Of a DNA stretch of 64,000 bases, positions 1-11,800 are shown one piece after another. The DNA lies in contig NIVC01001984.1 in NCBI GenBank assembly GCA_002269645.1, positions 62,001 through 126,000 of the forward strand. The letters are read 5' to 3'. The notes below the pieces were generated by a model. The model ran no database searches. It had not been told where the DNA came from and was given only the letters and a program-made list of their open reading frames with translations. Origin of the DNA: Macrostomum lignano. Its lineage: Eukaryota. Positions within the stretch are counted from its first letter, which is position 1, and each line of letters starts with the position of its first letter. A program made the translations under genes and the position numbers.

Positions 1-157
1 ATAAAGTATCACGATTACAAAATCACAATTTCTCATTGAAAAATCAGATCATCCTTCATTGTAAAGTGAAAATAAAAATATTTACTGACTGCCCTCACAG
101 GCGGTCGCGAGGGCGCACACCGCCCACTGTACGCCCCACTTTGTTGTCCCACTGGGA

Positions 158-590
158 AATATCCTATTATCCCCAAATTTACAAATATCTCATTATCCCC
201 GAATTCATAAACATCCCATTATCTCCAAATTCATAAATATCCCATCATCCCCAAATTCTAAAATATCTCATTATCCCCGAATTCATAAACATCCCATTAT
301 CTCCAAATTCATAAATATCCCATCATCCCCAAATTCTAAAATATCTCATTATCCCCGAATTCATAAACATCCCATTATCTCCAAATTCATAAATATCCTA
401 TTATCCCCAAATTAAAAAATATCAGATTATCCCCAAACTCACAAATATCCCATTATCCCCAAATATACAAATATCCTATTATCCCCAAATTCAAAAATAT
501 ACCATTATACCCAAATTCACAAATATTCCACTATCCCTAAATTCACAAATATCCCATTATCCCCAAATTCACAAACATCCCATTATCACA
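158..590. repeat. ~25-bp minisatellite (CATTATCCCCAAATTCACAAATATCC-like)
   Basis: Degenerate tandem copies visible directly; sits in the intron upstream of the exon at 659. Confidence 0.9.
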
Positions 591-658
591 AATCTCCTAC
601 AAATCGCATTACTCATTCCCAGCTAACTAAGCGCCATTATCATTACTATTGTGCCCAG

Positions 659-892
659 AATTGTGCGCAAGCGACTGTCGGGAACTCAGCTGCGACTCCG
701 GCGGCGGGCCAAAGAACTCGCATTCCAGATACTTCAGCCAGAGATCCAAGGGCGCGTCAGAGGGTGGCAGGATGCAGCCGGGCGGCAGGCAGCCTCCAGG
801 CTGTACGGAGACCACCCGTATCGCTCGCTCAGAGCCAATGTCCAGCTCCACGATGTCCATACCGCGCCTGCCCGCCATGTACCTGTGCAAGG
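659..892 (+). CDS. Probable internal coding exon of an unidentified gene
   Basis: CTAAC branch-like motif near 622, acceptor CCCAG/A at 658/659, donor AAGG/GTGAGT at 892/893; 234 nt (multiple of 3), GC-rich with open frames. Correct frame unresolved; no family recognised. Confidence 0.5.
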
Positions 893-1042
893 GTGAGTAG
901 AGAGCTGACAATAAGAAAATGGATTGGGATTATGGGATAAAGAGGGGAAGGGCGAGGCTGAGGATAAGGCAGAGTCAAGAAGGGGCCAGAGAGAGTTCAG
1001 AAAGAATCAGTCAGGATTTGGAAAGGGTTGGACTGATACAAA

Positions 1043-3065
1043 TACGGAAAGGGTCAGACAGGACCCAGAAAGGGTCAGACAGGATCCAGAAGGGGTCACA
1101 CAGGATCCAGAAAGGGTCAGACAGGATCCAGAAGCGGTCAGACAGTATCCAGAAAGGGTCAGACTGACAATACGAGAAAAGGGTCAGACAGAATCCGAAA
1201 GAGGTCAGACAGAATCTGGAAAGGGTCAGGCAGAATCCGGAAAGGGTCAGACAGAATCTGGAAAGGGTCAGACTGACAATACGAGAAAAGGGTCAGACTG
1301 ACAATACGAGAAAAGGGTCAGACTGACAATACGAGAAAAGGGTCAGACTGACAATACGAGAAAAGGGTCAGACAGAATCCGAAAGAGGTCAGACAGAATC
1401 TGGAAAGGGTCAGGCAGAATCCGGAAAGGGTCAGACAGAATCCGGAAAGGGTCAGACAGAATCCGGAAAGGGTCAGACTGACAATACGAAAAGGGTCAGA
1501 CAGAATCCGGAAAGGGTCAGACAGAATGCGGAAAGGGTCAGACTGACAATATGGAAAGGGTCAGACAGAATGCGGAAAGGGTCAGACTGACAATACGGAA
1601 AGGGTCAGACAGAATCCGGAAAGGGTCAGACAGAATGCGGAAAGGGTCAAACTGACAATCCGGAAAGGGTCAGACAGAATCCGGAAAGGGTCAGACAGAA
1701 TCCGGAAAGGGTCAGACAGAATGCGGAAAGGGTCAGACTGACAATATGGAAAGGGTCAGACAGAATGCGGAAAGGGTCAGACTGACAATACGGAAAGGGT
1801 CAGACAGAATCCGGAAAGGGTCAGACAGAATGCGGAAAGGGTCAGACTGACAATACGGAAAGGGTCAGACAGAATCCGGAAAGGGTCAGACAGAATCCGG
1901 AAAGGGTCAGACAGAATGCGGAAAGGGTCAGACTGACAATACGGAAAGGGTCAGACTGACAATACGGAAAGGGTCAGACAGAATGCGGAAATGGTCAGAC
2001 TGACAATACGGAAAGGGTCAGACAGAATGCGGAAATGGTCAGACTGACAATACGGAAAGGGTCAGACAGGACCCAGAAAGGGTCAGACAGGATCCAGAAG
2101 GGGTCACACAGGATCCAGAAAGGGTCAGACAGGATCCAGAAGCGGTCAGACAGTATCCAGAAAGGGTCAGACTGACAATACGAGAAAAGGGTCAGACAGA
2201 ATCCGAAAGAGGTCAGACAGAATCTGGAAAGGGTCAGGCAGAATCCGGAAAGGGTCAGACAGAATCTGGAAAGGGTCAGACTGACAATACGAGAAAAGGG
2301 TCAGACTGACAATACGAGAAAAGGGTCAGACTGACAATACGAGAAAAGGGTCAGACAGAATCCGAAAGAGGTCAGACAGAATCTGGAAAGGGTCAGGCAG
2401 AATCCGGAAAGGGTCAGACAGAATCCGGAAAGGGTCAGACAGAATCCGGAAAGGGTCAGACTGACAATACGAAAAGGGTCAGACAGAATCCGGAAAGGGT
2501 CAGACAGAATGCGGAAAGGGTCAGACTGACAATATGGAAAGGGTCAGACAGAATGCGGAAAGGGTCAGACTGACAATACGGAAAGGGTCAGACAGAATCC
2601 GGAAAGGGTCAGACAGAATGCGGAAAGGGTCAAACTGACAATCCGGAAAGGGTCAGACAGAATCCGGAAAGGGTCAGACAGAATCCGGAAAGGGTCAGAC
2701 AGAATGCGGAAAGGGTCAGACTGACAATATGGAAAGGGTCAGACAGAATGCGGAAAGGGTCAGACTGACAATACGGAAAGGGTCAGACAGAATCCGGAAA
2801 GGGTCAGACAGAATGCGGAAAGGGTCAGACTGACAATACGGAAAGGGTCAGACAGAATCCGGAAAGGGTCAGACAGAATCCGGAAAGGGTCAGACAGAAT
2901 GCGGAAAGGGTCAGACTGACAATACGGAAAGGGTCAGACTGACAATACGGAAAGGGTCAGACAGAATGCGGAAATGGTCAGACTGACAATACGGAAAGGG
3001 TCAGACAGAATGCGGAAATGGTCAGACTGACAATACGGAAAGGGTCAGACAAAATCCGGGTGGTC
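1043..3065. repeat. 21/22-bp minisatellite (GGAAAGGGTCAGACAGAATCC / ...GACTGACAATAC) with a ~1-kb higher-order duplication
   Basis: Tandem units visible; the rare variant GGACCCAGAA occurs at 1061 and 2069 with the same order of variants following. Confidence 0.95.
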
Positions 3066-3095
3066 AGACATGCCTTGAAGCTACAGAACACGCGC

Positions 3096-3860
3096 TTACT
3101 TGAGTCTCCCAGCTTCGCGATCCCAGTCAATAGGAAATGCGCTCCTGAGCTTTAACACTTCATCCTCCATCGCTTTGGCCCTCGCGGCTGCTCTAGAACG
3201 CTCTCTTAGCTGAGCAACATCTTTCACCTGGAAGCTAGCAGCGCCACTACTTCCATCTTCTCGAACCCGGATGTTAACAACGCTAAAGGGATCGCCAGGA
3301 CAGAACTGAGCAATAGCGCTAGATGTTTCCATGCGAACTTCAACCTGACCGGAAGCTAAAGCACTCAGACTATCATCATTAACTCTGTCCGACTGCACAC
3401 TGGACAGAAAGGCGGGTATAGCGCCAGACTTTTGAAGGCTCTGTTCCACACTGAAGGCAAGACTGCTTGCTGCAGAAGCAACTGTGGTATTATTGTTAGC
3501 AGAAATTTCCAAGCATTGAGGCGTTGTTGACGGCGTTGTCATAGCAACTGGTGACGGGTTTTTCGATTGAATCCACAAGTTAGTCTCTTGTTTGATCAAT
3601 TCTAACCAACGATTGTGCAGTTCTGGCAGACTGCCAACTGGCTCAGATTCCATAGTTGAAGATAATTTAGTCAGGGCAGAATCAGCAATGCTAATTGGCA
3701 AGCCACGTTCTACTAAAAGACCACGACTCATCTCTGCGAGATCTTCCAAATCATTGTCAGTCTCATCATCAAAGTTGAGATTATCAATAGTAGAAGCTAG
3801 ACAATTAAACAGGCGAATAGTTGATTCGAGCTTATCTGAATGTTTATCAGCCGATGTCAT
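3096..3860 (-). CDS. Hypothetical protein, 254 aa (may be part of a larger gene)
   Basis: Uninterrupted non-repetitive ATG-initiated ORF with protein-like composition; no family recognised. Confidence 0.5.
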   Translation of the reverse strand: MTSADKHSDKLESTIRLFNCLASTIDNLNFDDETDNDLEDLAEMSRGLLVERGLPISIADSALTKLSSTMESEPVGSLPELHNRWLELIKQETNLWIQSKNPSPVAMTTPSTTPQCLEISANNNTTVASAASSLAFSVEQSLQKSGAIPAFLSSVQSDRVNDDSLSALASGQVEVRMETSSAIAQFCPGDPFSVVNIRVREDGSSGAASFQVKDVAQLRERSRAAARAKAMEDEVLKLRSAFPIDWDREAGRLK

Positions 3861-3900
3861 TGTGGCATTGGCATCAGAAAAAGAAGCAATTTATTTTTAA

Positions 3901-5205
3901 TTTAGATAAACAAAAAGCTAAAGTGGGTAAAATGAATAAATGTGTCACAAGGACTTCACAAAAGTTAACATATTGAAGTCATTTCAAAAGTCTTTTTTCT
4001 CAAAACTTGTGTGAATTTTCCTAGTGACTAAATGATATTAGTATGAGTGGTAATTGTTTATATTAATTAGGATATTGAATTTGAGACCTTAATTAAAACT
4101 TGGTAATATAACTATAGTGCATACTAGAATATAGCACATACCATTTAGAAGTAAAAAACTAAAAATTTAGGCCTAACTAGGATTTAAAACACACTCTTTA
4201 GCTAAAAAAAATCTTGAAAGAATAATTATTGTTAGTATGCTTTGCAGTAAAATATATTTAGGTCATTCTGTAAAAATTTCAATGAGCTTCAATGATAATA
4301 AGTTTGAAGTCAAAGCCCATTTGCCTAGCCTCAACATCCAGCTTATACAGTGGTGCTAGTTGCATTTTCTATAGAGTATATACTATTGAACTTGGGAATT
4401 CCATCATTTTACCTAGTTGTACTGCTACTGTATGCTTATATATTCAATAAGACCAATATACCAATTCCAATAGCTTAGATCATAGGCCTACTTACCTTTC
4501 AGCATAGAATTTTACCCTCATTTTATTATCTAATATCAAAACATTATTCCTTTCTTATTACCTAATAAAGTTGACAATGAAGGCCTACATTAATGTGCAA
4601 AATGTATCAAAATTGAGATATTAATTAAATGTTGATTTTTAGCTTGTTTCTATTTATTGTCAAGCAAGTAACACAACCAAAATGCCTAAAAGGTTAGTTT
4701 TAGGCCTAAAATGCTCAAGAAAAATGTCAATGCTCAAATTCAATTAATAAGATATTGCCATGCACAAAATAGCCAATAGCCATATGTCAAAATAGCCATA
4801 CTATATTGTTATAACTAATTTATGAGCTTTATTAAGAGAATTGCTTAGATGTAAAGGCTAACTGGGGGTATTGCTAAAATGTCAAGGCTTGGAAGAATTG
4901 CTAATATATCAAGGCTTATTAGAGGAATCCCAAGGTAGCCTAGTTTAGGACTTAAGGCAAAAAGTAGAAATTTAGTAGTTAAAGAATTTAGATCATTGTT
5001 TGCCACTTGACACTGCTACTAAGACTAGGGCCTACTTCATAATATAAGAAGTCCTAGACTAAAATCTAGTTAGTAAGGAAACTTACAAGGAAACTTACAA
5101 GGAAACTTATAAGTAAATAAGCCTACAACAACTTGGTGATTCGGCAATAGGAATTTATATAGGCCTATGGCAGAAGACACCCCCACCTTAGAACTTAGTG
5201 ACTGC
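3901..5205. repeat. Ancient CpG-depleted repeat block (continues at 7180-7382 and from 16992)
   Basis: No CG seen from 3901 to 5141; recurrent TAGGCCT; carries the CC-x-ACAACTTGGTG motif also seen at 17665-17800. Confidence 0.55.
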
Positions 5206-7171
5206 TAGGGGTTGGACAATATTGAATTTTCAAGATTTTTGAGATTCGAGATTGGCCTCTTTGAGTTATATTAAAGATTCAATCGAGATTTGAGACATAT
5301 AGTGGAACAACAAAAAATATTTAATATGATTTAAAAATATTCAAAAAGAAATGTGAAATATTCGCTTACAACCAATAGCAAAGTAATGGATCAGGTGAGG
5401 TGGCTTTGGAAGATATGATCTTGTGGGAAAACATGGTACTTAGGCTGAATGCAGTTCAAGATCTGATGGGAAGCATTCTTTAATAGCTTGTAAAAATGAA
5501 CTTGCAAACGGTAGGTCTATTAGACGAGCTCCGCAAGAACCATCTCTGAAGCCACAGAATTCAAAATGTTAAATAAAATATTGCCAACCCAGTAAAACAA
5601 AGTATTGCCAACCATAATCAGCAAACAAAAATACTGTGGCAGGTACTCTGATAATCATGCACCTCATTAATAGCTGTATTCACGTTGCCTTTCTTTTACA
5701 CACAAATTTTGTTCTTGATAAAAAATTTGACATCTATCAGCGTAAAATTATTTTCTTAGCCATAAATACTCATGTGCCATTAATACTAGTAAGTATGTTA
5801 CCTAGTGGAAATTTTGTTTGAATGTGACCGCCATTTTTGCTGAAAATCATATAAATATAAGCGAAATAATTGGCAGGAGAGTATACTGCTTGCCTAGCAC
5901 TCTCTGTTAGTCTAGCAAAGGTTTTAAATGAACATTTGTTCTAAAAATAGATTTGACTCTGTGTCATTTCTTTGAAGGCGCCCTGCCTTCTCTCTCGCCC
6001 AAAGGTTTTGTTCAGCTATAAGCGTACAGCCTTTCCCCTTCTCCCCAAGAGAATGTACAGTCTCTTCCCTAGTAATTATCCTAAACCCCCCTTCCCTTTA
6101 TCAGTTGGACAGGCATATTGCCTTCCCCCCCCCTCTTTCCCAGATCTCTGGTTAACCTGGCGATTTGCCAACTCCCCATCCAGGCGCACTGTCTGCTCAG
6201 GCCTTAGCCTATCTACAGACCCTTCCTTTAATATCATTTACTTTGTCTCCCTATCCCATTAGGCATTCCCTAACCATTTAGCCCCTAACTATTAGGCAAC
6301 CATTAGTCGCTCTGCCCTTATCTAATTCCCTATTAAGCGCATCCCCCTCCATGTCAGCATTCCCTACTAGCTATTAAGATTCCCCTATAGTGCGCCCTGT
6401 TTCCCAGGCAACTCCGATCCATCGCGTAGCCCTCCCTCAGATTAGTTTAAGTTAATATAGACAGTGTCTTGCCACTCGGACACTTCCATGCTCCGGGAAT
6501 TACAATAAGCATACTTTTTTCAGTAATAGAATTTGCCAATTCCCCTAAATCCCCAAGAAACTTACAAAATTCCCCAGTAACCTCCGACCCCACAACAGAA
6601 TTGGTGACAAACAGTGAGATTAAACTATAGATAAACACCCCTGTAACAATATAACTAATGGAAATAACTGGATTACTCATTAAATATTCCTAGAAGATAT
6701 GAGCTACCAACCAACAAACTGGCAAGACAAAAGAAACCATCAATGTCACATGTTGAGTGTTGATCTTGGACTGTCAGCTTCAAGTAGCCAATGAATTGCT
6801 GGAACATTATTTGTTTGAAGCAGAAATACATTATTACATTACCAATAAATTGACAATAGTAAATATATTGTTCAAAACAGCACACATTCTCTAATGGAAG
6901 CTAACTAGGCCTATCTTTATGCTATAAACTATACATTCTTTGTAGCATACAAAATTTAAACAAAATATTGACATTGACACCATTAGGCTCTATGATATGA
7001 TGCTGCATACTTCTTATAGATCGAAATGTTTTCTCAAACATTTGTTTCTTATCTCAAATCTTGACATTTTTTTGAGATCATGAAGTCAAGATTGAGATTT
7101 GAGAAAATCCCAAGATCTTGGATCTTGATCTCAAGAATAAAGATCAAGATTAAGATCTTGTCCAACCCCTA
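5206..7171. mobile_element. Non-autonomous hAT-type DNA transposon (~1.97 kb)
   Basis: TIRs TAGGGGTTGGACAA (5206) and TTGTCCAACCCCTA (ending 7171); 8-bp TSD GTGACTGC (5198-5205) / GTGACTGT (7172-7179); subterminal GAGAT/AAGAT repeats at both ends; no transposase. Confidence 0.8.
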
Positions 7172-7382
7172 GTGACTGTGGTAGGATTTTATAGAATAAT
7201 TCAAGTACCCTACAACACTATTTTGAAATGAAAGCATTTCTGAAAAGCATTTTTGATTTATTTGAGTTTAATAAATCAACTTATTCAAGTAAAATTAGTC
7301 AAACAATAGAATATTTTTTTTGAAAATAAAGTATGTAGGCCTTTTAATGCATACATAAAGCTACTATTGGCAATAGGCCTAT

Positions 7383-8566
7383 TGTGGCAGTTGGGGCTGC
7401 CACTAACAGTTAATGAAACGCTTTCTCTAAATTTTTGAAATTTAAAATTATTTTTCGACACTTATTAAACCACCCCATGACCATTCTCCGTTGTCCCCAG
7501 TTTTGGCCCTGTGTGTCCACCCTGTGTCCCCAGTTGTTGGTGTATTTTGTCATTTTCCCCATTCTTGTGACAGTTTTCCCACACCATTCTCTGGCCTTTT
7601 GCCTCCCCTTTTTGGTAACTTTGTTTGACTCCCATTGTTTTCCGTGTTAAGTTTTCTGTTCTTTGCTTGGTCTCCATGACCACCTTTTGCCTCCAGTGTT
7701 TGACCCCAATAGTCCATCTGTTGCATTTTTAATCCCTATTTAATGGTGCCCTTGGAGCTGCCCATTTCTCATCCTTCCTTTTCCCCATTTGTTTTCCATT
7801 TCTCCCTCCCGCTTTCATCCCCCTTTTCCTTGCCTTGCTTTTGCCCATTCAATTTAATTGTTAATCTTTAATTCCGCCCAATTTATTACAACAAGTGTTT
7901 AGTTTGTTAGTTCATTAACAATCCAGTAGTGCAGTGCGGCACCAGCCGAATCAATCCACCGGAGTAGGCTCAGTTGACATATATTATTTTAATACTTAGC
8001 TATTTTTGCACGTCTGCCAATCTATTCAACTGACTGAGCCAATCATTATCTTACAGCTCATAAACTCCAATAAAACAGTTGATCTGCTATTTAATTTTTG
8101 TTAAATAATCTGAAGCCTAGCATATCTTGAGTCATTTGCCCGTGGGGCGTAAAATAACCCAGTCTTATCTCGAAGCAAGCTCTGAGATTTCAACCTTCCA
8201 TAATACACAAATTACAGTGGTGGCAGAGCTACTCTACTGTTAGTAACAGGTCAAGCATACAAGATACATTAAGCTTTTGGTATTGGAGGACCCGTTCTGA
8301 ACACTTGCGCTAATGAAGACCGCTCAACTACGACTAAACTGCCCTCCCCCTGGGATTGAGGACCCCGGCAGTCGGAGTATCAGGAGAAAATTTGTTGAGT
8401 TTTGTCTGCGCAATATTTCTGGATTTACTTCGTGCGAACTCAATGTCGGCAGCAATTCAAAGTAAAAAAAAACCACCCCACCTCATTGGTGTCAGCAAAC
8501 CAGCCAGAATTCACCGCCATTTATTTAAAAAATTTTAAATAATTTCTTTTCTTCACCCCTACCTCA
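7383..8566 (+). repeat. 5' LTR
   Basis: Begins TGTGGCAG, ends CCTCA; aligns by eye with 15890-16987, differences mostly transitions plus a few indels. Confidence 0.85.
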
Positions 8567-8567
8567 C

Positions 8568-8587
8568 TGGTGTCAGCTAAGTGGGAT
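8568..8587 (+). other. Primer-binding site, tRNA-Leu type (degenerate)
   Basis: TGGTGTCAG[CT]AAGTGGGAT is the known tRNA-Leu-complementary PBS TGGTGTCAGAAGTGGGAT with a 2-nt insertion, 1 nt after the LTR end. Confidence 0.8.
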
Positions 8588-8849
8588 ATCGAAACCCACA
8601 ACCCATTTGACGAGTAGTTCAGAAACTACATTATGGCTTCAATTACTAATAATTCATTGGCCTGCGGATGCAACAGCTGATGCTGCAGGCTCCGACAATT
8701 CAGCAATGAGACCGACCTACAACGAGATGATTCGTGCAGTGACCAACAACGTGCACCGGCATTTGGAGCAGACCAGCCTGGGCCAGCTGCAACACCATCA
8801 CCACATGTACCAGCAGCCCCAGTAGCAGTATTGAGCTACGGCGCCAAAA

Positions 8850-11800
8850 CCAGTTAAGATTCAGCAGCACACACAGAACCAGGAATTTGACATCTGGATT
8901 TAGGCCCTAGAGGAGCAATGTGAGCTCAATGGGATCACAGACGACAGACGAAGGCGGAGGTCCTAGTGAATTTGGACATTGCCACAACCTATCCCGCAGT
9001 TGTCAGGATGGAGTTGCCAGACAACCTAACGTTTGGTGAGTTCAAATAGTGATTCTCTGAACATTTCACGCATGTAGCCGACACACTGGAGTACTGGGAG
9101 CAGTTTTGGAGCTGCCAGCAAGGCTAGAATGAGAGCATCGACGACTATGGCAATCAATTAATTGCTCTGGCCGATAGAGCGTTTCCGCACTTTACCCCGA
9201 TTCAAAAGAAGGCTGAACTGGTGGATCAGTTCACGGTTTGAGTGCAAATTGCCCAGTTGGCCTGAGAACAGCTAATCCTGGTGAGACTGCAGAATCTGAC
9301 CACCGCGAGAAGGGCTGTGCTACGCCTGGAAACAGTAGCTAGCCTGGCTCAGCGAGTAGCACCGCTGCCAGTGGCGAGACATATACGGGTCCTTGAGAAT
9401 GATGACAGTCAGATGCCCACTGCGGTGCAACACGATGCCAAGTCATCTTGGCCCAAGGAGAACTGGTTGTGGGAAGTGATGGAACAACAAGTGGAAACTC
9501 TGCAGGAGCAGTGACAAATTCTGGAAACATTAAGCAACAAAATGCGAGAGTTCTACTTGCGGGGATTGCACTGCAACGACACCCCCAAGCCATGGGAACC
9601 AGCTTGCCATTAGCCGCGGGACTTGTGGGGCCAATGCTCCAGGTGTTTGGTACCTCCGACTCTTTGCCACAGCGCCGATGGAAGTGCCCAATTTACGACA
9701 CCCAGCACACGTAATGTGCAGCATCAACAGTTCCATCCGCTTTAGCAACCCCAAGATGGCAGCAACCTGCCACCGCAGACACCGCTAGCAAGAGGTCAAC
9801 GACATCAACAGCAGCAGCAACCGCAGCAACAGACGAGTTTGTGCCCGCCACCCTATCAGCTGTGGCGACAGAGTGCAATGTGCTGCAGGTGCAACCATGA
9901 GCATTGCGCTAAAGAATGCCCGCACCGGTGGTCGGCCAGCACCGTGCCCCAACGCCATCCAGTAGCCGAGCCAGCACTAAAGTCCCCGCCGAGGACTTTA
10001 GTCGCTCAGCAGGCCATTGCTGAGACCGCCTCCGCACCTATACAGAACTCTGCACCCAAGCGACCTTGAAAGGATCCATTTCTAACTGGTGACATTCAGG
10101 GCCACTATTTTGCTTTTCTGTTTGACACTGGCTCCAAGTGCGAAGTCCTAGGATTCAGCACCTGGAACCAGCTATGTACTGATGATTCAACCCTGCGTGG
10201 CCAAATTGAGCCCTGTCTGCAACGTATTGTGACCTACAATGGCAAACCAATCCAGATGGCAGGCCAACTAAGTATTAAAGTTAAAATAGGAAATTTTGAG
10301 CCAACAGTTACGTTTCTGCTAGCAAAGGGATTGCATGACAACATCCTGGGCTTCGAGTTTCTAGAGAAGTACAGCACCTCACTGGATCTCGCCACCGGGA
10401 TGCTGTTCTTCAAGGATAGCACTGCCGCACCACTTTGCTACACGCAAACTAAAGCTACCATGTGCAGGATTTATACAGCCGAGAGCACTACTGTGCCACC
10501 ATTATCATCAGCCCAAATAAAAATCAAATTAGCAAAAGGACGCGAAGAAAACCAAGGGACACCCACTGTGATCAAGCCACTGAAACCGGCTCATCGCGAA
10601 GACGATGTGCAGCATCTGGATACTGCGCCTGCCTTAATATCAATGGCAAATGGAGAAGGCACTATCGAGATGATCAATCGAGGCACTACTTCCATCAGAG
10701 TGCGAGCAAATGCACTAGTCGGGATTGCGAGACCAATCAGACTACCCGAGTTACATTTCTTCCTACTGCCGAAGTCAGAAGACTCTGTCAACCAAATCCA
10801 AGATGAAGACCCTGATGCTTAGATCAAGGAGATTGACATTGGCAAGGATCTGTCCAGTGACCAGCGTGCTCAAGTCATCGAGCTGCTAAAGAAGTACAAG
10901 AACATCTTTTCCCAGGGGCCACACGATCTTGGCCGAACTCATCTAGTCACCAACAACATCGTACTGAAGGACAAAGATCTAGTGCATCTGCTGACTCAAC
11001 GGATCCTGCCGCATCTGCTGCCTAAAGTGGATCAGCTACTGGACAATCTTCTTGTCAAAGGTGTGATTAGACCAAGCTTCTCCAGCTATAATACCCCGCT
11101 GGTGATCATCCCAAAGAAGGACGGCAGCCTGAGGATTGTGCAAGATTTCCGGAGTTTGAACCAGAAATGTGTGTACTTTCCGTACCCGATTCCTAACATC
11201 CAAGAAGCATTCGCCAGTCTCAAAGGAAGCCAGCTGTTTAGTACATTTGAGTTAAATAGTGGCTACTATCAGATTCCTCTGCATCCAGAAGATCAAGACC
11301 TGACTGCTTTCGCCACGCTGCACCACTGACAGTTTGCCTATAATGTTATGCCTATGGGACTTAGCTCAGCTCCAGCCAGCTTCATGCAACTTATGAATGC
11401 TGTGCTCAATGGGATTGCCTATAAAAGTGCAATTGCCTATTTAGATAACGTCATAGTCTATTCCAAGAAATTCAACGACCATCTCCAACATATGGAAGAA
11501 GTTTTTAAACGAGTTCAAGAGGCTAATTTAAAATTCAAAGGCAAGAAGTGTCACCTATTTTGGGAAAGCTTAAACTATCCGGGACATCTAGTTACCAAGG
11601 ACGGCATCAAGACCAATCTGGCAAAAATTGAAGCAATTAAAACTTGGCCAAGACTGAGAACAGCTCAACAACTTAAAAGCTTTGTCTGCATGTGCGCTTA
11701 TTATGCTAAATTTGTACCTGGCTATGCAGAACTTGCAGCTCCGCTCCATGATTTAATTAATGAAAAGAAAAACCAAAATTTCAATTGTCTATGGGGAAAA

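Noticed and set aside
919-1301. ORFs in the 21-bp array
   Set aside because: Translations of a stop-poor minisatellite; several overlapping frames are open.
7435-7683. Duplicated small ORFs here and at 15942-16190
   Set aside because: Chance ORFs within the two LTRs.
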